Below, in pieces: positions 47,863 to 55,206 of a stretch of 58,011 nucleotides of DNA (position 1 is the stretch's first letter; every line of letters begins with the position of its first letter). Location: positions 1 through 58,011 of IMG/VR virus record IMGVR_UViG_3300033141_002284; one strand, written 5' to 3'. Position numbers and translations under genes: made by a program. The notes beneath the pieces are model-generated. The model saw nothing but the letters and a program-made list of their open reading frames with translations, made no database searches and had not been told where the DNA came from. The DNA comes from a virus. Taxonomy: Duplodnaviria; Caudoviricetes.

Positions 47863-48705
47863 TTATTTCCTATCAATCAATATTTTTTTCTGTATTACGG
47901 TTAATGCGATAATTATTGTAAATACCACCAGGCTTTCTGCCGCTCCCAGTCCATATTTGCCGCTTTGAAAAGCCCGTACAAAAATCTGATATACCAATGT
48001 AGTTGTCGCATAATATGGCCCGCCGCCTGTCAATACATATGGTATCTCCCAGATCATCATAACTCCGATTGTTTGCATGATTAAAATAAATGCTATTATC
48101 GGCAGCATTAACGGCATTGTAATATAGAGAGCTTTTTGTCTATCGCTACAACCATCTAATTCAGCGGCATCATATAGTTGTGTATCGATAGTCGATAAAG
48201 CCGACATATATAAAATAACATTTAATCCCATCCCTGAAGTTATCATAACAATGCAAATTGAAAAAAAAGCCGCTGGCATAGTTCCTGTCCAGATCACTGG
48301 TTCAATCCCGATTAATCCTATTATATAATTTAGCAAGCCATGCTGTGGATTAAAAATCCAGCTCCAAGTAATTGAAATAATCATCCCCGCCGATATTAGC
48401 GGAACATAATAGGCAAATCGTATAAATGATTGCATTTTTCTTGACATATCATGCGCTATCAATGAAACAAAAAACGAAACAAACACCAGTAAGGGAACAC
48501 TGAAAGCTACAATGCTTATAGTGGTTTTCATAGACTTCCAAAATATGTCATCGTTTATCAAATAGATGAAATTATCAAATCCTATGAATCGACTCACTCT
48601 GGCATTAGCTTTAAAAAAAGCAAGAGCAACACCTTGGATTGTAGGGATTGCTGTGAAGAGAATAAATATGAAGAGGGCTGGCGAAATCAACGCCAACCCT
48701 ACCAT
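47863..48705 (-). CDS. Carbohydrate ABC transporter permease (MalF-type)
   Basis: FIGFDNF, WIFNPQHGLLN, LYDAAELDG, LTGGGP, YGLGAA. Confidence 0.93.
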   Translation of the reverse strand: MVGLALISPALFIFILFTAIPTIQGVALAFFKANARVSRFIGFDNFIYLINDDIFWKSMKTTISIVAFSVPLLVFVSFFVSLIAHDMSRKMQSFIRFAYYVPLISAGMIISITWSWIFNPQHGLLNYIIGLIGIEPVIWTGTMPAAFFSICIVMITSGMGLNVILYMSALSTIDTQLYDAAELDGCSDRQKALYITMPLMLPIIAFILIMQTIGVMMIWEIPYVLTGGGPYYATTTLVYQIFVRAFQSGKYGLGAAESLVVFTIIIALTVIQKKILIDRK

Positions 48706-48721
48706 ATAGTTTTTTATTTTT

Positions 48722-50053
48722 TTATTCTGAAAGAAGCTTATTTGCACGACGGTCAAATTCCGCTGCCGCTTCGGCAGGTGTAATCTCATTTATTAACATG
48801 CCCTGGAGTACAGCCAACCAAATTTGGCGCAGCTCATTATATACCGGAAACCCTATGCCCATGTCGTAAATACCCCGATCTTTTATAATCTGTGACATCT
48901 GTTTCATCGCCATGCCAATAGTTCCTGAACTTGTCGGCATTCCGGCAGTTTTTAAAGGACTGAATTTTGAATAGACTTTTTGTAAAATTGTCTGTACTTC
49001 GGCCCCGGTTATATATTGTAAAAACTTTAATGCCTTTTCTAACTGAACAGGATCGCCATTATCAATAACCATAGCCAGATCTGGCCCGAAACATGGTGCT
49101 ACTCCATCAACTCCTTCAACGTGCGGATATTCCATTAATACACATTCGAATTCCGCCTCTACAACTCCGTCTTTTACGGCATATTTCCCTACCTCTATAC
49201 CAGCAGGAACGTAACCCCGCATTCCTAATTTGCCGGAATTGAACAACATAGCCATATCGCCATCATACAGTCCAGAGGCTCCATAAGGTACATAACCATT
49301 TTCATGCAGATAATGAATATATTCCATTCCTTTTATGCCTTCGGGAGTATTAAGAATCGCCTTGCCGTTTTCATAAAGATTAGCGCCAAATCCACCCAGC
49401 ATATTCAATACCCAATAATCACCGCCGCATTCTTTTGCAATAATATAGTAACCATAGTACTCATCGCCCAAGGCAGTAATAGCCTTAACTGCTCGATCAA
49501 ATTCCGCTACTGTCCATGATCTATCGGGATCATCGTCGACCGGTAATACATCCGCAACCCCCGCCTGTTCAAATAAATTTCTATTAGCCATTAAACAAAC
49601 AGCCCATCCAGGCATCGGCAAAGCATACAATTTACCATCTCGCTCAAATTGTGATAATGCCGACTTTTTAAATTGATCAATAAACTCTTTCGGCAATGCC
49701 TCATAAAGATTAACCCCAAAATCAGCATTGGCAAATTTATTGACTCGCCCACCATAACTCCAGATAACATCGGAAGGTTCACCGCTCGCTAAATCCATAT
49801 CAAGACTTTTCGTAGTATTGTCTATAGCATCTGAATATTTCCGTAATTCTATCTTAATTCCTGTTTCCTCTTCAAATTTAGGAATAATATTGTCTTTCCA
49901 TAGATACCCTGTAAAATCACGATTTGGATATTGCTCTTCGGAAACATCCGATACAATAGCGAAAATCAGCGGTTTTTCGACTTCCGGTTGACCTGTGGCA
50001 AATACCGAAAAAACCAACATAAATACCATTAAAACTAAAACAATTCTTTTCAT
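48722..50053 (-). CDS. Carbohydrate ABC transporter solute-binding protein (CUT1)
   Basis: Signal peptide; FEEETGIKIE, ASGEPSDV, DGKLYALP, NRNLFEQAG, FNSGKLGM. Confidence 0.92.
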   Translation of the reverse strand: MKRIVLVLMVFMLVFSVFATGQPEVEKPLIFAIVSDVSEEQYPNRDFTGYLWKDNIIPKFEEETGIKIELRKYSDAIDNTTKSLDMDLASGEPSDVIWSYGGRVNKFANADFGVNLYEALPKEFIDQFKKSALSQFERDGKLYALPMPGWAVCLMANRNLFEQAGVADVLPVDDDPDRSWTVAEFDRAVKAITALGDEYYGYYIIAKECGGDYWVLNMLGGFGANLYENGKAILNTPEGIKGMEYIHYLHENGYVPYGASGLYDGDMAMLFNSGKLGMRGYVPAGIEVGKYAVKDGVVEAEFECVLMEYPHVEGVDGVAPCFGPDLAMVIDNGDPVQLEKALKFLQYITGAEVQTILQKVYSKFSPLKTAGMPTSSGTIGMAMKQMSQIIKDRGIYDMGIGFPVYNELRQIWLAVLQGMLINEITPAEAAAEFDRRANKLLSE

Positions 50054-50077
50054 TCTTTTACCTCTTCTCTTTAATTT

Positions 50078-50100
50078 AATTGTAAACTCACTTTACAAAT
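50078..50100. repeat. Dispersed palindrome copy
   Basis: aattgtaaa ctcac tttacaaat. Confidence 0.7.
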
Positions 50101-50153
50101 ATTCCTGACAAATATTAATCTGCCAGGAATACATTTTTTCCACTACCTATTTG

Positions 50154-50693
50154 CTAATAATTAACTAACACTTTTGCATAGACACCGCCATTCAACGGTT
50201 CGGACGGTGCCACCTCAGCAATCTCGGCTCCGCAATCTGTCAACAAATAGCCTACGGTAAACTCAAACGGATCCGGTTTATAAGTTGCGGAGAATTCCGC
50301 ACCCTGCCAATCTTCCTGTTCGGGATCAAGTAAAGTACACGTAGTAACATTAAAGCCGAAATTCTCATAGATAAAATCTACCCAACTTTTATTTTTTCTC
50401 AGCTCTAAATCTTTCTCTCCATATATTTTGGAACCGAATACGAATCCTGCTACTGAATACTTAGCAGCAAAATCATATTCCCAAAATTTCTCATCGGCTT
50501 CCAGATCAATGTTATATTCACCGTTTGCATCAAACCGCAAAGGCCCGACTTCCAGGTAAGCTCCCTGGTTAAACCAAACTTTTTGATACTCGTCTCCCTG
50601 CATCCCAGATGTGGAAGTACTACCCCCAACATCAACTGCATAAATACCTACTGCTAATAGCAGTATCATCAAAAACAGTAAAACCCTCTTCAT
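50154..50693 (-). CDS. Putative outer-membrane beta-barrel (porin-like) protein
   Basis: Signal peptide MKRVLLFL...IYA; alternating beta strands; C-terminal GVYAKVLVNY beta-signal. Confidence 0.6.
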   Translation of the reverse strand: MKRVLLFLMILLLAVGIYAVDVGGSTSTSGMQGDEYQKVWFNQGAYLEVGPLRFDANGEYNIDLEADEKFWEYDFAAKYSVAGFVFGSKIYGEKDLELRKNKSWVDFIYENFGFNVTTCTLLDPEQEDWQGAEFSATYKPDPFEFTVGYLLTDCGAEIAEVAPSEPLNGGVYAKVLVNY

Positions 50694-50733
50694 CTCAATA
50701 CCTCTTCTCTTTTTATTTAAATAAGCCAACGGC

Positions 50734-52311
50734 TTATATTTCTTCTTTTATAATCATATTTATTAACTTTGGCGTTTCCGCTGTAAATCCCATAATATCG
50801 TACATCTTCGGATTAGCAGGATCAGACAAACTCAAGGTTTCTCCATAAGGAACTAAATAGTTAATAATTATTTTACAATTAGGATATTTTTTCTGATATT
50901 TTTTTGCTACTTCCGAAACATGCTCTTTTCCATACCATGATTGTCCATCAGTCCACATTATAATAGCATCATATTCTTGTTCAGTATCCATGGCATATTT
51001 TATCGGCAACGCACAATCAGTTGCATTATGAGTTGCATCTTTATAAACCAGTGATTGTGGATTTAATATATTCCTGAAAGCGGTTTTTTTAGTTAAATAA
51101 ATCGGATATAAACTTCCATCAAAACCAATTAAGTTATAATATGGTTCTCTGGCTATTGAAGCTCTTGCCATTACAGCTCCGATAATTCCAGGAGTAAGCC
51201 AAAGCGGTTGTAAATTTTGTGACCACATAGAACCAGAAGCATCTAGGCCATGCAAAATTCTTTTATTAATCGGTTCTATAATATCAAAACAATCCTCAAT
51301 CGCAGTTTCTAAAATATCACAAATAGCCTCTTCAGCTTTCCATGTAAGTTTAGTTTTTCCTAGTTGCCCGCCATTAGAATAAATATAATAAGCCGATGCT
51401 AAAACAACAGGATGGATATAAGCCCTTTGCAAATTTTCTCTCTTTAATTTATTTCGCAATATTTCTATATTCGCTATTTTATTAAATAATCCTTTTTCAG
51501 TTAATTGGCCTAAATTACGAATAGCAGCACCTACTGGCATTTTAATAAACAATGCTTCCCATATTGCCTTGGTTCTTTTAATATTTGCCGGTATCATTTC
51601 ATGAGTTAAATTGAGACCACTAATAGCTTTTATTACATCGACTTCATTAAGATCGGTTTTCATTTGTTCGTATGCTCTTATTCTCAATAAAGAATCATTG
51701 GCTTCTTTTTTTTCAGTAAAATATCCATAGAGATTGTCTTTTAAATCATTTTTTTTACCGACTGGTTTTATAATTCTTAATATGTCTCTTGCCGCAAAAC
51801 CATAACGATTCTGATATTTTAAAAATTGATATTCTAATTCTTGTACAGATTTATTATCTAGCCAACCCTTAACCGCTTTATGTATAACAGTGCCCTTTCC
51901 CCGCACTCCTTTAAGATAGGAAAAAAACTCATATAAATGAGAAGCAGTTCTGATAACTGCATTGAATATTTTCCTAAATGCTGGTTTCCCTCTTGTTGAT
52001 AGCCAAACCAGGGCATAAATCGGAGTATGAACAGAAATACCTTTTTTTGAAGCATAAAGGATAAGATCACCAACCTTGTCAGGATCGCTTTTGGCACATT
52101 CCAGAAATATTTTAACATTCTCTTCTGTCATTTCCTGTTTGCCTTGATAAAAAGCATTGCCCATGCTGCCGGTTAATAGCCATCTTTTTAATGCTTGAAA
52201 TGGATCCGTTTTAAAAGCAAATCCACCAGCCAAAAGTTTGGCCATTACCTTTTCTCTTCCAAGAATCAATTTACTCTGCGGTGCAGACACATTCATAAAT
52301 TTATAATCCAC
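50734..52311 (-). CDS. rsr: TROVE-domain Ro60-family ribonucleoprotein (Rsr) with vWA domain
   Basis: AGGFAF...LKRWLLTGS..FY, KYQNRYG...RDILRI.KP, LTHEMIP, MPVGAAIRNLG, IHPV.L, LDASGSM, TDCALP, WTDGQSW; start re-set to GTG after GGAGG. Confidence 0.92.
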   Translation of the reverse strand: MDYKFMNVSAPQSKLILGREKVMAKLLAGGFAFKTDPFQALKRWLLTGSMGNAFYQGKQEMTEENVKIFLECAKSDPDKVGDLILYASKKGISVHTPIYALVWLSTRGKPAFRKIFNAVIRTASHLYEFFSYLKGVRGKGTVIHKAVKGWLDNKSVQELEYQFLKYQNRYGFAARDILRIIKPVGKKNDLKDNLYGYFTEKKEANDSLLRIRAYEQMKTDLNEVDVIKAISGLNLTHEMIPANIKRTKAIWEALFIKMPVGAAIRNLGQLTEKGLFNKIANIEILRNKLKRENLQRAYIHPVVLASAYYIYSNGGQLGKTKLTWKAEEAICDILETAIEDCFDIIEPINKRILHGLDASGSMWSQNLQPLWLTPGIIGAVMARASIAREPYYNLIGFDGSLYPIYLTKKTAFRNILNPQSLVYKDATHNATDCALPIKYAMDTEQEYDAIIMWTDGQSWYGKEHVSEVAKKYQKKYPNCKIIINYLVPYGETLSLSDPANPKMYDIMGFTAETPKLINMIIKEEI

Positions 52312-52342
52312 TTTTACCTCCAATCTAATCAAATATCCTTCT

Positions 52343-52507
52343 TTAAATATGATTTTTCTTTTTTTTCCTATTATTGTTTTCAGTTAATTTATTTTCTAAA
52401 GTATTTATTCGTGTTGCAACATCTTTTATGGTTTTATTTGCATTCCATAATTTTTTTTGCATTTTTTTAAATGTTTCTATTACTTGTAATCGTTCATCTT
52501 CTTTCAT
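52343..52507 (-). CDS. Small basic coiled-coil protein between the Y RNAs and rsr
   Basis: Translated by hand, 54 aa: MKEDERLQVIETFKKMQKKLW...RKKKKNHI; GGAGG SD. Confidence 0.6.
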   Translation of the reverse strand: MKEDERLQVIETFKKMQKKLWNANKTIKDVATRINTLENKLTENNNRKKKKNHI

Positions 52508-52525
52508 CTATTCCTCCTAAAAAAT

Positions 52526-52593
52526 TGGAGACAAGATTTTAGCAAAAGGAGTTCATATCAAAGTTACGATAACCTTTCACAATTCAGTCTCCA
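52526..52593 (-). ncRNA. Y RNA-like, short (third in transcription order)
   Basis: UGGAGACUGAA...GGUUAUCG...UCUUGUCUCCA; ends pair with a Ro-type bulged helix. Confidence 0.75.
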
Positions 52594-52607
52594 TCGTTTT
52601 TTAATAA

Positions 52608-52749
52608 TAGGAGCAAGGAATGAGAAACGGAATGGGTTTCCCCAAGCGCTCTCCCAGACTGAGCTATCTACTTAATGAAAAATAGAATTGGATTCGAACC
52701 AATGACCTCTCGATTAAAATTCGATAACCGTTTTACTCTTCAGCTCCTA
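52608..52749 (-). ncRNA. yrlA: YrlA-type Y RNA with circularly permuted tRNA module
   Basis: UAGGAGCUGAA...CCUUGCUCCUA terminal helix; T arm AUUGG-UUCGAAU-CCAAU precedes a loop-closed acceptor stem and D arm GCUC-AGUCUGGGA-GAGC. Confidence 0.85.
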
Positions 52750-52769
52750 ATCTTTTTCCTTTTCTAAAT

Positions 52770-52830
52770 AAGAGGCAAGATTTTATGAAACGGATACACA
52801 TTGCCGATAACCGTTTCAATTCAGCCTCTT
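52770..52830 (-). ncRNA. Y RNA-like, short (first in transcription order)
   Basis: AAGAGGCUGAA UUGAAACGG UUAUCG...CCGUUUCA..UCUUGCCUCUU. Confidence 0.75.
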
Positions 52831-52841
52831 TAACTTTTTGC

Positions 52842-52870
52842 ATTGTAACATGTATCTTTATATCTGTCAA
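52842..52870 (-). promoter_or_regulatory. Near-consensus sigma70 promoter of the Y RNA-rsr operon
   Basis: TTGACA-17 bp-TACAAT with TG; predicted TSS about 5 nt before the first Y RNA. Confidence 0.8.
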
Positions 52871-52877
52871 GCTCTTT

Positions 52878-53111
52878 TTACTGTATGTTTTCCGCTATTA
52901 CAAACCCATCATTTATTATTAATCGCATTGGTTCTAATATACGTATCATTTTACCATTGCTATTTCTGATATACATTCCCCCTTGCTTCATTAGCCGCCT
53001 TGCTTCATTTCTGGACGTGCATAGTTTTGCTTCACAAAATAAGTCCAGGATATCTATGCCCTTTTTTATATCTTCCATTTTTAATATCGCAGTCGGCATT
53101 TCCCCGGTCAT
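52878..53111 (-). CDS. Stand-alone S4 RNA-binding domain (TyrRS C-terminal type)
   Basis: MPT......I..GIDILDLF.EAKLCTSRNEARRLMKQGGMYI. Confidence 0.8.
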   Translation of the reverse strand: MTGEMPTAILKMEDIKKGIDILDLFCEAKLCTSRNEARRLMKQGGMYIRNSNGKMIRILEPMRLIINDGFVIAENIQ

Positions 53112-53404
53112 TTATCCGCTCCGAAAAATCGGCCCGCTCGCTCTTCCATGTTTATCATCGGCTGTACTATCCGGCAAACATTACTTACCATTTTTCCTCT
53201 TTCGCATCGCCGATTTATAATATCAGCCAATTTAACAATAAAATTCTTTCCGCTTTCTGCTCGCTTTACAGCAATAAACTTTCCATAATTTTTATCGAAT
53301 TTATCTTTTGGATTACACAAACTATAGCCGATTTTTTTAGAACTCAAGGCTACTACAACACCTACTTTTTTGCCGCTTTCGCTTTTTACATAGTGTATTA
53401 ACAT
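53108..53404 (-). CDS. Conserved hypothetical phage protein
   Basis: IGYSLCNPKDKFDKNYGKFIAVKRA. Confidence 0.7.
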   Translation of the reverse strand: MLIHYVKSESGKKVGVVVALSSKKIGYSLCNPKDKFDKNYGKFIAVKRAESGKNFIVKLADIINRRCERGKMVSNVCRIVQPMINMEERAGRFFGADK

Positions 53405-53417
53405 TGTTTATCTCCTT

Positions 53418-53606
53418 TTATCTGCTACATCTCTCAATTGCATCAATCAAATCATCTGCACGAAATGTATATTGCTCATTGCCAATATGAATATATACTA
53501 AACAATCATAATTCCAATGAGAACAAATTTTTAACTTCACATATTCACTACCAGTTGAACCATCACCTGTTTGCCCTTGCACTTCCACTGTTATTTCATT
53601 TTTCAT
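53418..53606 (-). CDS. Hypothetical protein
   Basis: AGGAGG SD; 62 aa. Confidence 0.55.
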   Translation of the reverse strand: MKNEITVEVQGQTGDGSTGSEYVKLKICSHWNYDCLVYIHIGNEQYTFRADDLIDAIERCSR

Positions 53607-53618
53607 ATCTTCCTCCTT

Positions 53619-54014
53619 TTATCCTGATGAATCATAAGCCTGGTCTTTACCGCAAAGCTTGCATACTTGCACATGATAGCAGGCTCCAGCATGATAAATA
53701 CCGATCGCTTTTGCCGTTTCTTTTGAAATCTCCACCCAATCATGTTGTTTGCATTCTTTTTGTTTTTGTTTGTTTTCAATAAATAAAACTGTAATTAATT
53801 TTCTTCTGCGATTATCATAAACAACATTCATTTTTTTGCTGCCGACCTTGACTCTATATACGCTCCTTGCGCAGGATGTTTTACTAATTCTTTCACATTC
53901 ATTATTTTGGATAGCCCTGACAATAGCTCGCCTTAAAAACCGATTGCATTCAATATCAAATCGCTGTTTAAATCGCTTCTTGACATGCTTTGTTATCGCT
54001 TCTTTTTTGTTCAT
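53619..54014 (-). CDS. Hypothetical protein (DUF4258/BECR-like N-terminus plus Zn-binding C-terminus)
   Basis: ITKHVKKRFKQRF...VVYD.....LITVL; C..HDW...CKLCG. Confidence 0.5.
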   Translation of the reverse strand: MNKKEAITKHVKKRFKQRFDIECNRFLRRAIVRAIQNNECERISKTSCARSVYRVKVGSKKMNVVYDNRRRKLITVLFIENKQKQKECKQHDWVEISKETAKAIGIYHAGACYHVQVCKLCGKDQAYDSSG

Positions 54015-54038
54015 AATTACCTCCTTTTTTAAAATCAA

Positions 54039-54269
54039 TCATTTTTTTAATCCTATAATTAATTTTCCATTCACTCCTGCTAAATAATCCTTACCTGTTA
54101 TAGGACAACTATAAAAACTTAATGTATCTGACTCTTCACCTGTCTTTGCGTCTGTTCCATATTCAAGTTTATGTAATTGGCCACAATGAGGACAAATAAT
54201 TTCCATCCCCTTTTTAGCTTCGGGTTGGTTTTTTAACTCTTCATTACCATAAGCTACATACGGTGTCAT
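54039..54269 (-). CDS. Small Zn-ribbon protein
   Basis: ICPHCGQLH...YSC; start re-set to MTPYV. Confidence 0.55.
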   Translation of the reverse strand: MTPYVAYGNEELKNQPEAKKGMEIICPHCGQLHKLEYGTDAKTGEESDTLSFYSCPITGKDYLAGVNGKLIIGLKK

Positions 54270-54270
54270 T

Positions 54271-54468
54271 TTATACCTCCACTCTTTTATTCCATGCTTC
54301 AATTGCCTTTTCTTTCGATGTAAAAAACTCATTCGGGTCACCCGGCATTACAACACATCCCTCAACACAAAATACTTTCCAGCTATGCTTATTTGTTATT
54401 GAGTCGTTGTGTGTAAAAGCGTTACCATTGCAAAATGGACACGGTTTCAAATTATATCTGCTTATCAT
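54271..54468 (-). CDS. Lar-family restriction alleviation protein
   Basis: LKPCPFCNG.A...VFC..GC...KEKAIEAWNKR. Confidence 0.8.
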   Translation of the reverse strand: MISRYNLKPCPFCNGNAFTHNDSITNKHSWKVFCVEGCVVMPGDPNEFFTSKEKAIEAWNKRVEV

Positions 54469-54473
54469 TTTAT

Positions 54474-54920
54474 CTACCCCCTACCTTCAAATAGCTTTGG
54501 ATTCTTCCAGATATTGCCAATCTTTTTCATGTCTGTATGCCAAATATCTGACGATAAAAAATTATCAAAATTTCTGCATTCAAACCTAGCAGATTTTTCA
54601 TTCCATACGATAATATATAAATCATGATCTCCATATAATATTTTTCCGCAATGAGGACATTTATCCCCATCATATTCCAAAATATCATTTTCATATAATC
54701 TTATATTATCTTTATCATTAAGATTAGTATATTGGTCTGGTTTCGCAAGTTCAACAGAGCTATGATATGCCGGTTCATCTTGTGTCCCAAATGATTCTAC
54801 AATTACCCATGCTTTAAGTTTTCCATCTTCAAATCCCCATATATAAGAATCGTTTTCTTGGTCGGAATAAGCAAAACAATCAGCATCTTTATCCCATGCC
54901 CGAAATATATATTCTTTCAT
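54474..54920 (-). CDS. YopX family protein
   Basis: FRAWDK, QYTNLNDKD...LYENDIL, IGNIWKNPKL. Confidence 0.88.
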   Translation of the reverse strand: MKEYIFRAWDKDADCFAYSDQENDSYIWGFEDGKLKAWVIVESFGTQDEPAYHSSVELAKPDQYTNLNDKDNIRLYENDILEYDGDKCPHCGKILYGDHDLYIIVWNEKSARFECRNFDNFLSSDIWHTDMKKIGNIWKNPKLFEGRG

Positions 54921-54961
54921 TTTCTCTACCCCCTATCCTTTTGTTTTTTCTATAATAGTAA

Positions 54962-55204
54962 TCAGCAAAAAAACCGCCACCATTTCTTTTTGGTTTTTAT
55001 TTCTTTTTGTTCAAAAAATTGACAATTACAATCTCTATTTTCTTGTTTACAATCAGATGTTCTTGTTTTTGTCGGCCCTTCAATTGGATCATATATGGTA
55101 GTAAAACAAACAGGATTTTGACAAGATTTACAACCCTCATAATCCTCGATCCCTTCCTCTAAATATTTACAATCTTTACAATAAACTTTGTCTTTCGTTT
55201 CCAT
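54962..55204 (-). CDS. Cys-rich hypothetical protein
   Basis: CKDCKY...C....N...C.FFE..KKWW. Confidence 0.6.
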   Translation of the reverse strand: METKDKVYCKDCKYLEEGIEDYEGCKSCQNPVCFTTIYDPIEGPTKTRTSDCKQENRDCNCQFFEQKEIKTKKKWWRFFC

Positions 55205-55206
55205 TT

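Noticed and set aside
52648-52703. A standard tRNA gene
   Set aside because: The T arm precedes the D arm and the acceptor stem is closed by a loop, i.e. a permuted YrlA module
52526-52830. Three similar units as a CRISPR mini-array
   Set aside because: Units are not identical direct repeats with regular spacers; they are self-complementary with covarying ends and fit Y RNA structure next to rsr; no cas genes
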